The position numbers and the translations under genes were made by a program. From Stegostoma tigrinum (taxonomy: Eukaryota): DNA of 64,000 nucleotides. The notes beneath the pieces are model-generated. The model did no database searches. It was not told the DNA's origin and saw only the letters and a list, made by a program, of their open reading frames with translations. The DNA lies in NCBI RefSeq assembly GCF_030684315.1, contig NC_081365.1:34313394-34377393 (forward strand). The letters are read 5' to 3'. Of the stretch, positions 25,331 to 36,500 are shown piece by piece (position 1 is the first letter of the stretch; the number at the start of each line of letters is the position of its first letter).

Positions 25331-28300
25331 AAATTTATCAGAGTCAATGCCTATTTCATAAAACCACATTGGTTCTGTCTGATACTTTTTTAGGTGCATT
25401 GTTAAGATTTCCTTAACAATTAACATTCCAGCAATTTCTCGATAAAGAGATGTCGGGCTAAATGGCCTGCAGTTCCCAGGTTTCTCTTTCTATCCTTTCT
25501 TGAACAACATTGCTCCATTTGCCATTTTAGAATTTAGCCGTTACAATGACTGGCAATTGCCATGACCAGATGAGAATGGGTGAATAAACTCCTCCTTTTT
25601 CAGTTTCTTTCACTGATCATGACAAAGGTTTAAGTTTTTTTTTGCAGAAGACAATGTCTCTCTCCAGCTAAAATGTAGTTAACTGTGTTCTGAAGAAAGA
25701 TCACTGGACCTCAAATGTTAACTCTGCTTTCTGACCACAGATACTGCCAGACCTGCTGAGTTTTTCCAGCAATTTCTGGTTTTGTTTCTGATTTCCAGCA
25801 TTCATAGTTCTGTGGGTTTTCTCTTAAGTTTTTTTTTCTGGGAGCCATTAGACGCCAATAAGCAATGTTTTCCTGAGTGATAGGGCAGAATAAAGTTTTT
25901 AACTGTTAAACCAAAGGAAAATAATAAAAACATGAAGTATATGGTCCTTAAATCCACACACACACAAGAGATATGAAGTTAAAGAAAAATAATGATAATA
26001 AAAATAGGAGTTGAAAGAAAATATGGTTTAGTTTCTTTTGACTGTCTTTAAATGCAAGTTTTTAACCCAGGGTTAATGTTGATTAGTTGCTTCGTTGGCT
26101 GTATTCAGACCTAACAAATGTGCAGTTATTAAAAATTCGCAGTTCTTGAGGTTTTTCTCTGATTGTTTCTGTGGTAACCAGGTGCTAACTTCTTCATAAT
26201 TTGCCAGGTTGCTCTTGGATCCTTTCCTGAAATATTGGCTCCAGTATGTATTGCCTGGAAGTTCTTTGAGTAGCTCTCTCTGTGACAGTTAGTGTGTTAA
26301 TGCCCAGTAAAAATAAAGTCATCGTAGTCCCAGAGTATCTCAGGGCTGCTCTTTCATTCGAGAGAGATGAGTAGTAGTGGTTTGACCTGAGAGTCACCAC
26401 ACATCAGGAGAGGCAAGAGTTTGCAAAGGAAAGTCCTTCCTACATTTGCTGAGGTTTCCTGAAGGTTCAACTGTTTTAGAAAGAAGTTATCTCCAAAAAC
26501 CTACTAATATATCCTACTCTACGCCACGGCCATTCTTCAAGGGCACGGGCAAATGAAAGAAATACCACCTTCTCAAATCCCTCACTCTTTGCAACTCCAC
26601 TTCAACTCCAGTGCCAAGTTTAAAGTGGATTTCTTAATTTTTAAAAATGAGACCAACTTTGTAGCCGGTTCCCTCACTTTGACGATCCATCCCTCTCTTC
26701 CGATTCAGCCTGATACTCTTGCCTCTAACGGCCCAACCTCCCCACTCTTCCTAACCTTTGTATTTCTATGAAACCCATGACTTAATCCCTTGGTTCTGGT
26801 CCAATTCAGTTGGTGACATTTCAATTCCCCATCCTGGTCCCGATGCTAATTACGTTGTTAAAGATTCCCCTTTACATAGGCAAGAGCCCGGGTTATGTGA
26901 AAACTGCAGTCATCAACCACTTTCTTAACCATGCACCTTGTCAACTCCCATCCCGTCGCTAATATTTTCTTCATGTCTAATGTAGTTTTCAGCTTAATTT
27001 TTTCATTATGACCTAAATTTAATCTTTTATTAGGCAAGTGCAGTTCTTAAAGAGCTGCTTATGGTAGATGCTTTTCAGTTCTACCTTCTTTCAATCCACA
27101 TCTTAACAGTCAAAAAGTCATCTTATCAACATTCTAGTTCCAGCATCTATAACCACCTATTCCGTCTGAATTTCACTCAATTTTATCATGAAATGCTTTG
27201 AAACTGTGTGAACTTCATCTTCCTTGCGGCGTAACGCACTGCTCGCTGTTTGCTGTATGTTTTCAGTGTGGTCTAAAAGAAATTTCAAAAGCATCTCATT
27301 GCGGCAAGTATGCATGAGTGGAACTACCTCTGAGTTTGTGGATTTCCTGTGTAATAATGTTGTTCTGCACCTTATCATAGTTTCATCTACCACCTAAGTG
27401 CAGAGCTGGTTGAAAGACTGAGACACCCACCTAGTTTGCAAAGCAACCATTCCACGTATCTGCTTTTTCAGCAGTGTATGCATCTTGACCCTCAACAACG
27501 ATGTTGTGGTGACCAAGCTTTAAAATGGACATAATCTATTTTTGGTTACAAATTTGATTCTCACTTAAGAGTTGTGGAGCTTATAATCAAAAACTGGAGC
27601 CAGCACAATCATAAAAAGGCTACTATTTTACTGTTTCCATAACAAAAATTACAATAGTTGATAGGAAGTTGAAGCTAATCAAAATGTCTTTATATCAAAC
27701 AAACAACCATTGATATCAGAGTGGCAATATATAAATCTGACCTGTATTCTTAAATTTGTAATCGTTGCTCAGATATTTTCTACAGAGGAAATAGAATATT
27801 TATTTACACAACTACAGCATGTGTTGAGACACTGTGGAAAACTGACAAAAATAGCCCCCAAAAACAGCATCCTCAAATGCATCTACAAAATAAAACACTC
27901 CATATTAAAATAATCAGCGAGTAAAGAACAAGACATTGCTCACTTTTTCATGTCAATCTTAAAACACACATTTGTGGTTTTTGAAAGCAAATGTGAACCT
28001 AGGCATACATCCTAGTAGAAAATAAATCATTTGGCCCATGGATTCTGTTGCCGCGTCGACAATTTTACTTGATCACTATTAATAATGTTCCAATTAGCCC
28101 ACAGAAAATGTGACTCTCATATGGTATCACAGTTTCTGTACCATCTTATATTTGATCCTTGTCAGGAAAACACTGTCTGCAGTGAACAGAACATCCAAAC
28201 TGATTCATCTTCAGAAATTGAACCACAGTCATCCCAAATGGGATACTTTCCTTTGGTTTCCCACAGGAACCTTTTTAAGCAGAAAGTCTCAAATCTGGAG

Positions 28301-29009
28301 CCTAGACTAAATTATATTGCCAGAAGTGTTGTAGGATAGGATTTCTGCTCATCATTATGGCTCCACGGTGCCCCAGCTCCAATGCCAGGAATAGGCTCTT
28401 TTCAATGATAAGAGCCAGAGTCATGCATCACTGGTACAGCTGGAGGAACTCAATGTGGTTCCATGTTTTCCCAGAGGAAGAATCAGAGGCCGCGGGCAAG
28501 CACAGGCAAAATATTTTGGTATTTATTTTCTGGATTAACAGGGCCTGTCAGTAACCCAGCATCAATTGCCTTTGGACTCTGCAATTTTTGATCTTTAACT
28601 AAGCCCAGAGCAGGACAGCTACAGCTCTTCTTGGCTTGGTGTTGAGTGGAGAAGACAGAACATGTTCTTTCTCATCAGCCTCTATCCTACAGCTCTGCAC
28701 TCCCTGTCCACCCAGTGGATGGACACCAACCAAATTAAGATCCCTCACCAGAGGTTCAAGCAAATTCCGCCCTTTCCCAACCACAGGCAGAATTCAGAGC
28801 ACTGGATATTCGTCTATTTTAGATTTACATCATGCACTGTTCCACTACAGGACTGTTCACATTTCTAAAGAAAAGAATTGGTGTGAGAATTCTCAATTTG
28901 TCACAGGTTAAAAGTAACTGGAGGTTTAAGTAAATACATTTAGGTCCAAGTTTAAACAGTGCGTTCACTGAAACAAAATTTTATGTTTTAGCTGGATTTT
29001 TTGACATAG

Positions 29010-31440
29010 AAATAATAATCTGCATTTATGTAGTGCTTTCACCAGCGACCAAGGGACATCATAAAGCATGCAGTCACTGTTGGAATGTAAGAAATACAAT
29101 AAACAAGTTGAGCACAGGAAGGTGATATTTATGATATTGATTATGAATTAAATATTTGCTAGGACACCAAGGATAAACTCCCTGCTCTCTTTGAAAAGTG
29201 TCATAACATCCTTTGGATCTACCCGAGAGGCAAACAGGATTTCAGTTAAACACCTCAGCCAAAACATAGAACATAGAACATAGAACATAGAACAGTACAG
29301 CACAGAACAGGCCCTTCAGCCCACAATGTTGTGCCGACCATTGATCCTCATGTATGCACCCTCAAATTTCTGTGACCATATGCATGTCCAGCAGTCTCTT
29401 AAATGACCCCAATGGCCTTGCTTCCACAACTGCTGCTGGCAACGCATTCCATGCTCTCACAACTCTCTGTGTAAAGAACCCGCCTCTGACATCCCCTCTA
29501 TACCATCCACCAACCAGCTTAAAACTATGACCCCTCGTGTTAGCCATTTATGCCCTGGGAAATAGTCTCTGGCTATCAACTCTATCTATGCCTCTCATTA
29601 TCTTGTATAACTCAATTAGGTCCCCTCTCCTCCTCCGTTTCTCCAATGAAAAGAGACCGAGCTCAGTCAACCTCTCTTCATAAGATAAGCCCTCCAGTCC
29701 AGGCAGCATCCTGGTAAACCTCCTCTGAACCCTCTCCAAAGCATCCACATCTTTCCTATAATAGGGCGACCAGAACTGGATGCAGTATTCCAAGTGCGGT
29801 CTAACCAAAGTTTTATAGAGCTGCAACAAGATCTCACGACTCTTAAACTCAATCCCCCTGTTAATGAAAGCCAAAACACCATATGCTTTCTTAACAACCC
29901 TGTCCACTTGGGTGGCCATTTTAAGGGATCTATGTATCTGCACACCAAGATCCCTCTGTTCCTCCACACTGCCAAGAATCCTATCCTTAATCCTGTACTC
30001 AGCTTTCAAATTCGACACTCCAAAATGCATCACCTCGCATTTATCCAGGTTGAACTCCATCTGCCACCTCTCAGCCCATCTCTGCATCCTGTCAATGTCC
30101 CCCTGCAGGCTACAACAGCCCTCTATATTGTCAACGACACCTCCAACCTTCGTATCATCTGCAAACTTGCTGACCCATCCTTCAATCCCCTCATCCAAGT
30201 CATTAATAAAAATTACAAACAGTAGAGGCCCAAGGACAGAGCCCTGTGGAACCCCACTCACCACTGACTTCCAGGCAGAATATTTTCTTTCTACTACCAC
30301 TCGCTGTCTTCTGTTGGCCAGCCAGTTCTGTATCCAAGCAGCTAAGTTCCCCTGTATCCCATTCCTCCTGACCTTCTGAATGAGCCTACCATGGGGAACC
30401 TTATCAAATGCCTTACTGAAGTCCATATACACCACATCCACAGCTCGACCCTCATCAACTTTTCTAGTCACATCCTCAAAAAACTCGATAAGGTTTGTGA
30501 GGCATGGCCGAGCCCTCACAAAGCCGTGTTGACTGTATTTGATCAAGCCATGCTCTTCCAGATGGTCATAAATCCTATCCCTCTGAATCCTTTCTAACAC
30601 CTTGCAGACAACAGACGTGAGACTTACTGGTCTGTAATTGCCAGGGATTTCCCTATTTCCTTTCTTGAAGAGAGGAATTACATTTGCCTCTCTCCAGTCC
30701 TCAGGTACGACTCCAGTGGAGAGCGAGGATACAAAGATCCTCGCAAGTGGCGAAGCAATTGCATTTCTCACTTCCCAAAGCAGCCGAGGACAAATCTGGT
30801 CCGGGCCTGGCGACTTGTCAATCTTAATGTTTGACAAAATTTTCAGCACATCAGCTTCCTCTATCTCTATCCATTCCAGCATGCACACCTGCTCTTCAAA
30901 GGTTTCATTCACTACAAAGTTCATTTCTTTCATAAAGACAGAAGCAAAAAACTCATTTAGGGCTTCCCCTACCTCCTCAGACTCCACACACAAGTTCCCT
31001 ATGCTATCCCTGATCGGCCCTACTCTTTCTTTGACCATTCTCTTATTCCTCACATAAGTGTAAAATGCCTTTGTGTTCTCCCTAATCCGTTCTGCCAAGC
31101 CTTTCTCGTGCCCCCTCCTGGCTCTCCTCAGACCATTTTTGAGCTCCTTCCTTGCCTGCGTGTAATCCTCTAGAGCTGAACTTGACCCTAGCTTCCTCCA
31201 CCTTATGTAAGTTACCTTCTTCCTTTTCACAAGAAGCTCCACCGCTCTTATCATCCAAGGTTCCTTTATCTTACCCCTTCTTGCCTGTCTCAGGTGTCAA
31301 AACGTGACACCTTTAATAAAGTGGCACTTCCTCAATATTACACCAAAGTAACAGCCTTGACCTTTGTGATCTTGGGTGGATTTGGACTTAAATCCACTAC
31401 ATTCTGACTCGCGAGCAAAAGTGCTGCCAACTGAGCCACA
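29010..31440 (-). mobile_element. Deu-domain tRNA SINE (SacSINE-like) split by the CR1 insertion
   Basis: Head gtggctcagttggcagcact at about 31440-31370 and body at about 29260-29010 flank the CR1; similar element at about 36250-36640 (+). Confidence 0.55.
29263..31294 (-). mobile_element. Young 5'-truncated CR1 LINE with near-intact RT ORF
   Basis: 568-aa ORF (29548-31254) continues in frame into 29362-29547 across one TAA; all RT motifs present; (CTATGTT)4 tail. Confidence 0.97.
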
Positions 31441-32535
31441 ACTGATATGGTTAAGTGACTTCTGGAAGCTTCATTTCACTTCACTCAAAGGCCTGATGTT
31501 GTCCATCCTGCAGTCAGTGTGAATGGAGCATCATTGTGAGTGGAGACAGTAGAATTGATTCGAATTTACTTCTTTGGAGCAGGAATCATTCTGATACAGT
31601 CTCCCTTCCATTTCCTCGGTTTAAAATGGTCAACGGTTTATAAAAATCATTGACTTCTTAAATTCATCAATTGAAGCAACTTAAACAAATCCAGAACTGA
31701 GCTTTGAATCCCAGGCCTCGTGTTTTAGAGCTCAGGGCTAGAGTTAATGGACTTCTTCAAAATTTTATCAATTTTCTGAAGAAGGAGAAATTACATTTAG
31801 ATATTTGCCTGTAGCTGAATTCTTTTTAAGGATATACTGTTTCTGACAAAAAAGTTTAATTTGATAAATTATAACTTAAAATATATTCAACAAACTCTAA
31901 ACTACCCTACATTTGGGATAAAATTTCAGTAATTTTCAAATTTTAATGTCACTATGTCCTAAAACAAATACTTGTTGGGTAAGAAAAAATATCACATACC
32001 TGAGGTGAATAAACAATATCTTTTACGAGATTGTTCAATATAAAAACCGCTGGCTTTAATTTGGCTGCACTATTCTTCAATCTTAAACTCAGAAATACCT
32101 GTAACTATGTACAATCCATTGCTCAAAGTAATTGTGATGGAGCATATAGAGTCTGCATCTTACTTATGCGTATTTTTGAAATCACGAGACAATGAGTGAA
32201 TATTTTTGTTAAGCCTAGTGGAAACTAAAAAAAATCCTAAACCGTTTTCAGTCAATACTCACTGTGTTGTTTCCTGTTAGCCAAGTATCGTAAATTCCTG
32301 TTAAATTATATTATTTTGTCTACACGTATTTTAATTTGTGCACCAAAAGCTACTTCTTACCTATTTTTAAGGCATATCAATAAGCAGTGGAAATACAAGT
32401 TTCCAAGAAACAATACCATTGCATGTTTTAGTTTTCGATTTCGAAAACATTTTGCAGTGCCCAACAAACTGTTGTTTTAAACATTTTATACAGCATTTAA
32501 CAGAATAATCGATAATGCTTTTCTGTCAAACATAC

Positions 32536-32662
32536 CTGTTAAAACTTCAGCATGAATTCTTTGTAAATAAATATTCAGAAAGGTAAAACCATTCACGAAA
32601 ACCACGGCTGGTACTGCATCTGTGTTAATGGCACTGGGATATGGTGGGGTGCAGCTGCACAT
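32536..32662 (-). CDS. Tentative first or alternative exon of the CD247-like gene
   Basis: ATG-initiated 127-nt open segment MCSCTPPYPSAINTDAVPAVVFVNGFTFLNIYLQRIHAEVLT ending CAG|gtatgt in phase 1, compatible with exon 2. Lies in a repeat-free, CpG-retaining patch with an ETS site just upstream. Not a textbook signal peptide. Confidence 0.25.
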
Positions 32663-32849
32663 TGAAGCGTCTGCACGACCCGGAAGTTCTGCTCGTCCTT
32701 GTTTTTTATGTGAAGACGTCCATTTGCTTACGTTTTCAATTCACGGAAATTTCAAAATATGAATCAGCGTTCCACGGTACAAGGCCAAATATTCTTTACC
32801 ACTTATCTTTTATTTAATGCTAAATAATAATGGAAATCAATCTACTGAT

Positions 32850-33500
32850 AGTTACGGCACAAAATAAGGCCATTTTTCCCGTCATGTCTGCACTAGTCAA
32901 AGATCAGTCTATACTAATCCCACTGTCCAGCTTTTGGCCCATGCCCCTGGAGTCTATGCCAATGCAAGTGAGTATCTAAATACTGCTTAAATGTTATGAC
33001 AGTTTCTGATGCAATTACACTTTTAGACAGTGAGTTCCAGACTTGCACCATCCTCTGGCTGAAATATTTCTCCTCAACTCTCCTCATAGCCTTCCACCTC
33101 TTGTCTTAAGTACATTCCCTCTAATTTTATGCTTCTACTAGTGGAAAAAAATTGACCTTATTTATGCCCTCATAACCACATACACCTCTACCAGGTCTCC
33201 ACTCAGCCTTCGTTTCTCTGGGGAAAACAACCCCAGCCTGTCCAATCTTTCCTCATAGCTCGGACTCTCCAGCCCATGCAGCAAGCTGTAAAACTCCTCT
33301 ATACATTCTCTCGTGCACTCACTTCTTTTCTATAACATGATAAGCAGGACTGCATGCAAACTCCAGTTGTGGCCTAACCAGCGTTTTATACAACTACTAC
33401 GTAACCTCCCTGCCTCGGTTAATAAAGCTAGTATTTCACAAGCCTTCTTAACCAGCTACCGACCTGTCCTGTTACCTACAGAGATCTCGATTCTATTGAG
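32850..33500 (-). mobile_element. CR1 3' fragment
   Basis: Same family as 18860-19640 and 24700-25330. Confidence 0.65.
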
Positions 33501-36500
33501 TCTTCGCTGTATACTTAAAAAGGCAATTTGCCAACAAGATCCTTTATTAAAAACTCAATGTGGTGAAATCTGATCAACATTGACACCTTTGCCATTCTGT
33601 TCATTTCTAGTTATGGCTGTTTTTTAAATTTTACAAAGACATGATATTTGCTGACATCCTCAGCCAAATGTAATATGGAAGGGTGAAAGAGGAGAGAAAT
33701 AAATCATAGTTGATATTGTCACATATGCTGAAGTAATTGACTGAAAAAAATCAATATGGTGTTCATAATAATCATAAGTCATAAATTACATATTAAGAAG
33801 GGATCTCGGCAAAGACGCACTGTTTAACTAATTAAAAGCTCAAATTTACCACCTATAATTGGTAAAATTTAAATACCTAAACAAACAAGTGGACAAAAAC
33901 AAACTCAAAGTAGGATGAAGAAATCCTAAAATCTACACAAAGGAACTTTTCCAATCAGTTATTTTCCAGTCCAAATGGAAAAGGAGACCAGATGCAATCC
34001 AGCTTTTGGGAGTGAAGCCAGAGAAGTGCCAGGTTTTTTTTTTAGCTGGACAGCAACGTGGTAACAATGATCAAGATATCATCAGCTTTCATGTGGTTAC
34101 AGAAAGGGGCAAGAAAAATCCAAACCAAAACATCGAACCAGCAAAAGCCAATTTTGGTAATTTCAGATAAATCTAGTACAACCTGAATCAAAAAGAAATT
34201 CAGCTGTAAATGAGAATGACAGTCGCAAGTAGCTTGGGTATCAAGGCCCACAGCATTCACACAAGAAGGAAGATGGGTCATTCAAAGTTTCAGCTTCCTG
34301 GATGTCAGAGAAAGAGAGATTAAATCAAAACCATAAAAGGTGGCTTAAGTCAAAAGTAAGGCATAGAGAATACTCAAATCCAGGCTGAATACAGTTATTT
34401 TTTAAAACAGAATACACGAGATGAGGAAATGAATTGCTAGGCCAGCATTTATCGCTCATCCCTGATTGCTCAGAGTGAACCACATTGCTGTGGGTCTGCA
34501 GTCACATGTCGGCCAAACCAGGTAAGAATGGGAGTTTCCTTCCCTAACGGACATTTGTGAGCCAGGTGGATTTTTCTGACAATTGACAATGGATTCATGG
34601 TCATCTTTAGACTCTTAATTCCAGATTTTTATTGAATTCAAATTCCACCATCTGCCATAGAGGCAGGGGAACTGTAGGGAAAGGGATAGAAGAAGATTAA
34701 GAAAGAATGAAAAACAAACACAACATCAGAAATTGGAGCAGGAGCAGACTATTCTGCCCCTCAAATTTTCTCCTGCCTGGCAACATATGGCCTTAACTCC
34801 ACTTTCCTGCATATCCTCCATAGCCCTTAATTCCCTCATACAACAGTCCAATGCCTGATTCAAAATATTTAATGACCCAAACTCCATTGCACTCTAAAAG
34901 AGAGAATTCTAAACACTAACCACTTTCCAATAAAAGAAATTCTTCTTTACAAATCTCTCAATATTACAAACATCAGCAGGAATATTGTGTACAATTCTGG
35001 ACATCCTATTTTAGGATTTTTGGCTTTTGGGGGTTGGGAGGGAGGTGGGGTGTGGTTGGTGCACAGAGATGACTAAACTGGGGAATACAAGGGATAATGA
35101 CGTTCAGTTTTGCAGAGAGACTGGAACAGGCGGCTTTTGCTGTTCTTGGAGCAGAAAAGGTGAAGTGGAAACCTACTGTAGGTATTATGAATGGTTTTAA
35201 GTAAAGAGAAACTGTTTCCTCTGGTAACCAATCATCAGGTACTTAAATAATGGGCAACAGTTTGAGGGAACGTAAGGAGGAATATTTTCATGAAAAGAGC
35301 TGTTAAGATCAGAATCACACTGCCTGGAAGAGTGATGGAAGCAGTTTTTGTGGAATCATTCAAAGGAATGTAATTGAAGATCATTCATTTGTAGTGTTAC
35401 AGAGGAAATGGTTGAATTTGGGAACAACTCTTTCAAAGTGTTGATATCAGCATGAAATGCTGAAAGGCCTCTTTCTTTGCTGAAGTACTAGATGGTTTGA
35501 CAGCTAGTTTTACATTCAGATGCTTTTGACCTAGTAACTCAAGCCAGTAAGAAAATGATTCAGTGCCACAATATGCACAATTCACCACAGCAAAAGATTT
35601 CACAAGCTACTTTGTTATCACACATGCCAAAGTGATGTGTGATATTTTATCATGGAGCACCGGTTTAAGATGACTAAAATAAAATTGAATTAAATGTTGT
35701 TTAAAATGTTTTGTTTTCATCAGTTGAAGATGGTTTGATGCTGTAAAACTAAAATGAAAACTTTCACAGTTCAAGAATTCAATGTCAAAATGGAGCCCTC
35801 ATCAATCAGGGTTTAGTATTGGTGGATATATAGTAAGACTTCCTTTAGATTATTATGGTAACTTGCCACACCTCCAATTCTACAACAAGATGCCATTTTG
35901 TTCACTTTACTCATCAACCACCCAGAGATCTTTTAGCTGAATGGTGACAACAGTATCCATTTTGTGTTGTAGGCACAACATTCAGTATTTCAGACACCAA
36001 CCATGATTCACGCTTATCTGAAATACTGCACTTGTACACTCTTCTAATTGTTGACTAAATTGACAACCGATCAAATCTATTCGATTCATACAATACTATC
36101 ACTGGCTACTATCAAGTAATATATTAGGCTTTTGAATTAGAATTTGCTTGGTATGCTTGAAAATCAAGTACTTTACCTAACTGTCCATTTATCAAGTAGC
36201 ACCAATAACGTACAAAAGACAAATGAGTGTAATGCGTCAGTGTTATTTCGATGGTCCTAGGTTCTGCTCATGCTCAGAGATTTGGGCACATTGTCTCCAC
36301 TGTCACTTTAATATTTTATCAATTTGTGTTCAACTTCCACAGGTGCTATCTTTCTGATAAGATATTCAAGTAAATCCCAACCACCTGCCTAGTGGAATCC
36401 CATGGAATTATCTGAGAAAGTGAAGCAAGTTCTCCCAGCGTTCTAGCCAGTAGTTAAAACCACAACCAACACCAACAGAATCGAATGATTGATCTTTTAT

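Noticed and set aside
10360-31057. Plus-strand ORFs 10360-10827, 29864-30379 and 30638-31057
   Set aside because: Antisense shadows of the CR1 RT frames.
32361-32419. MVLFLGNLYFHCLLICLKN before AG|gtaaga
   Set aside because: Phase 2; the phase-1 ATG at 32424 hits a stop.
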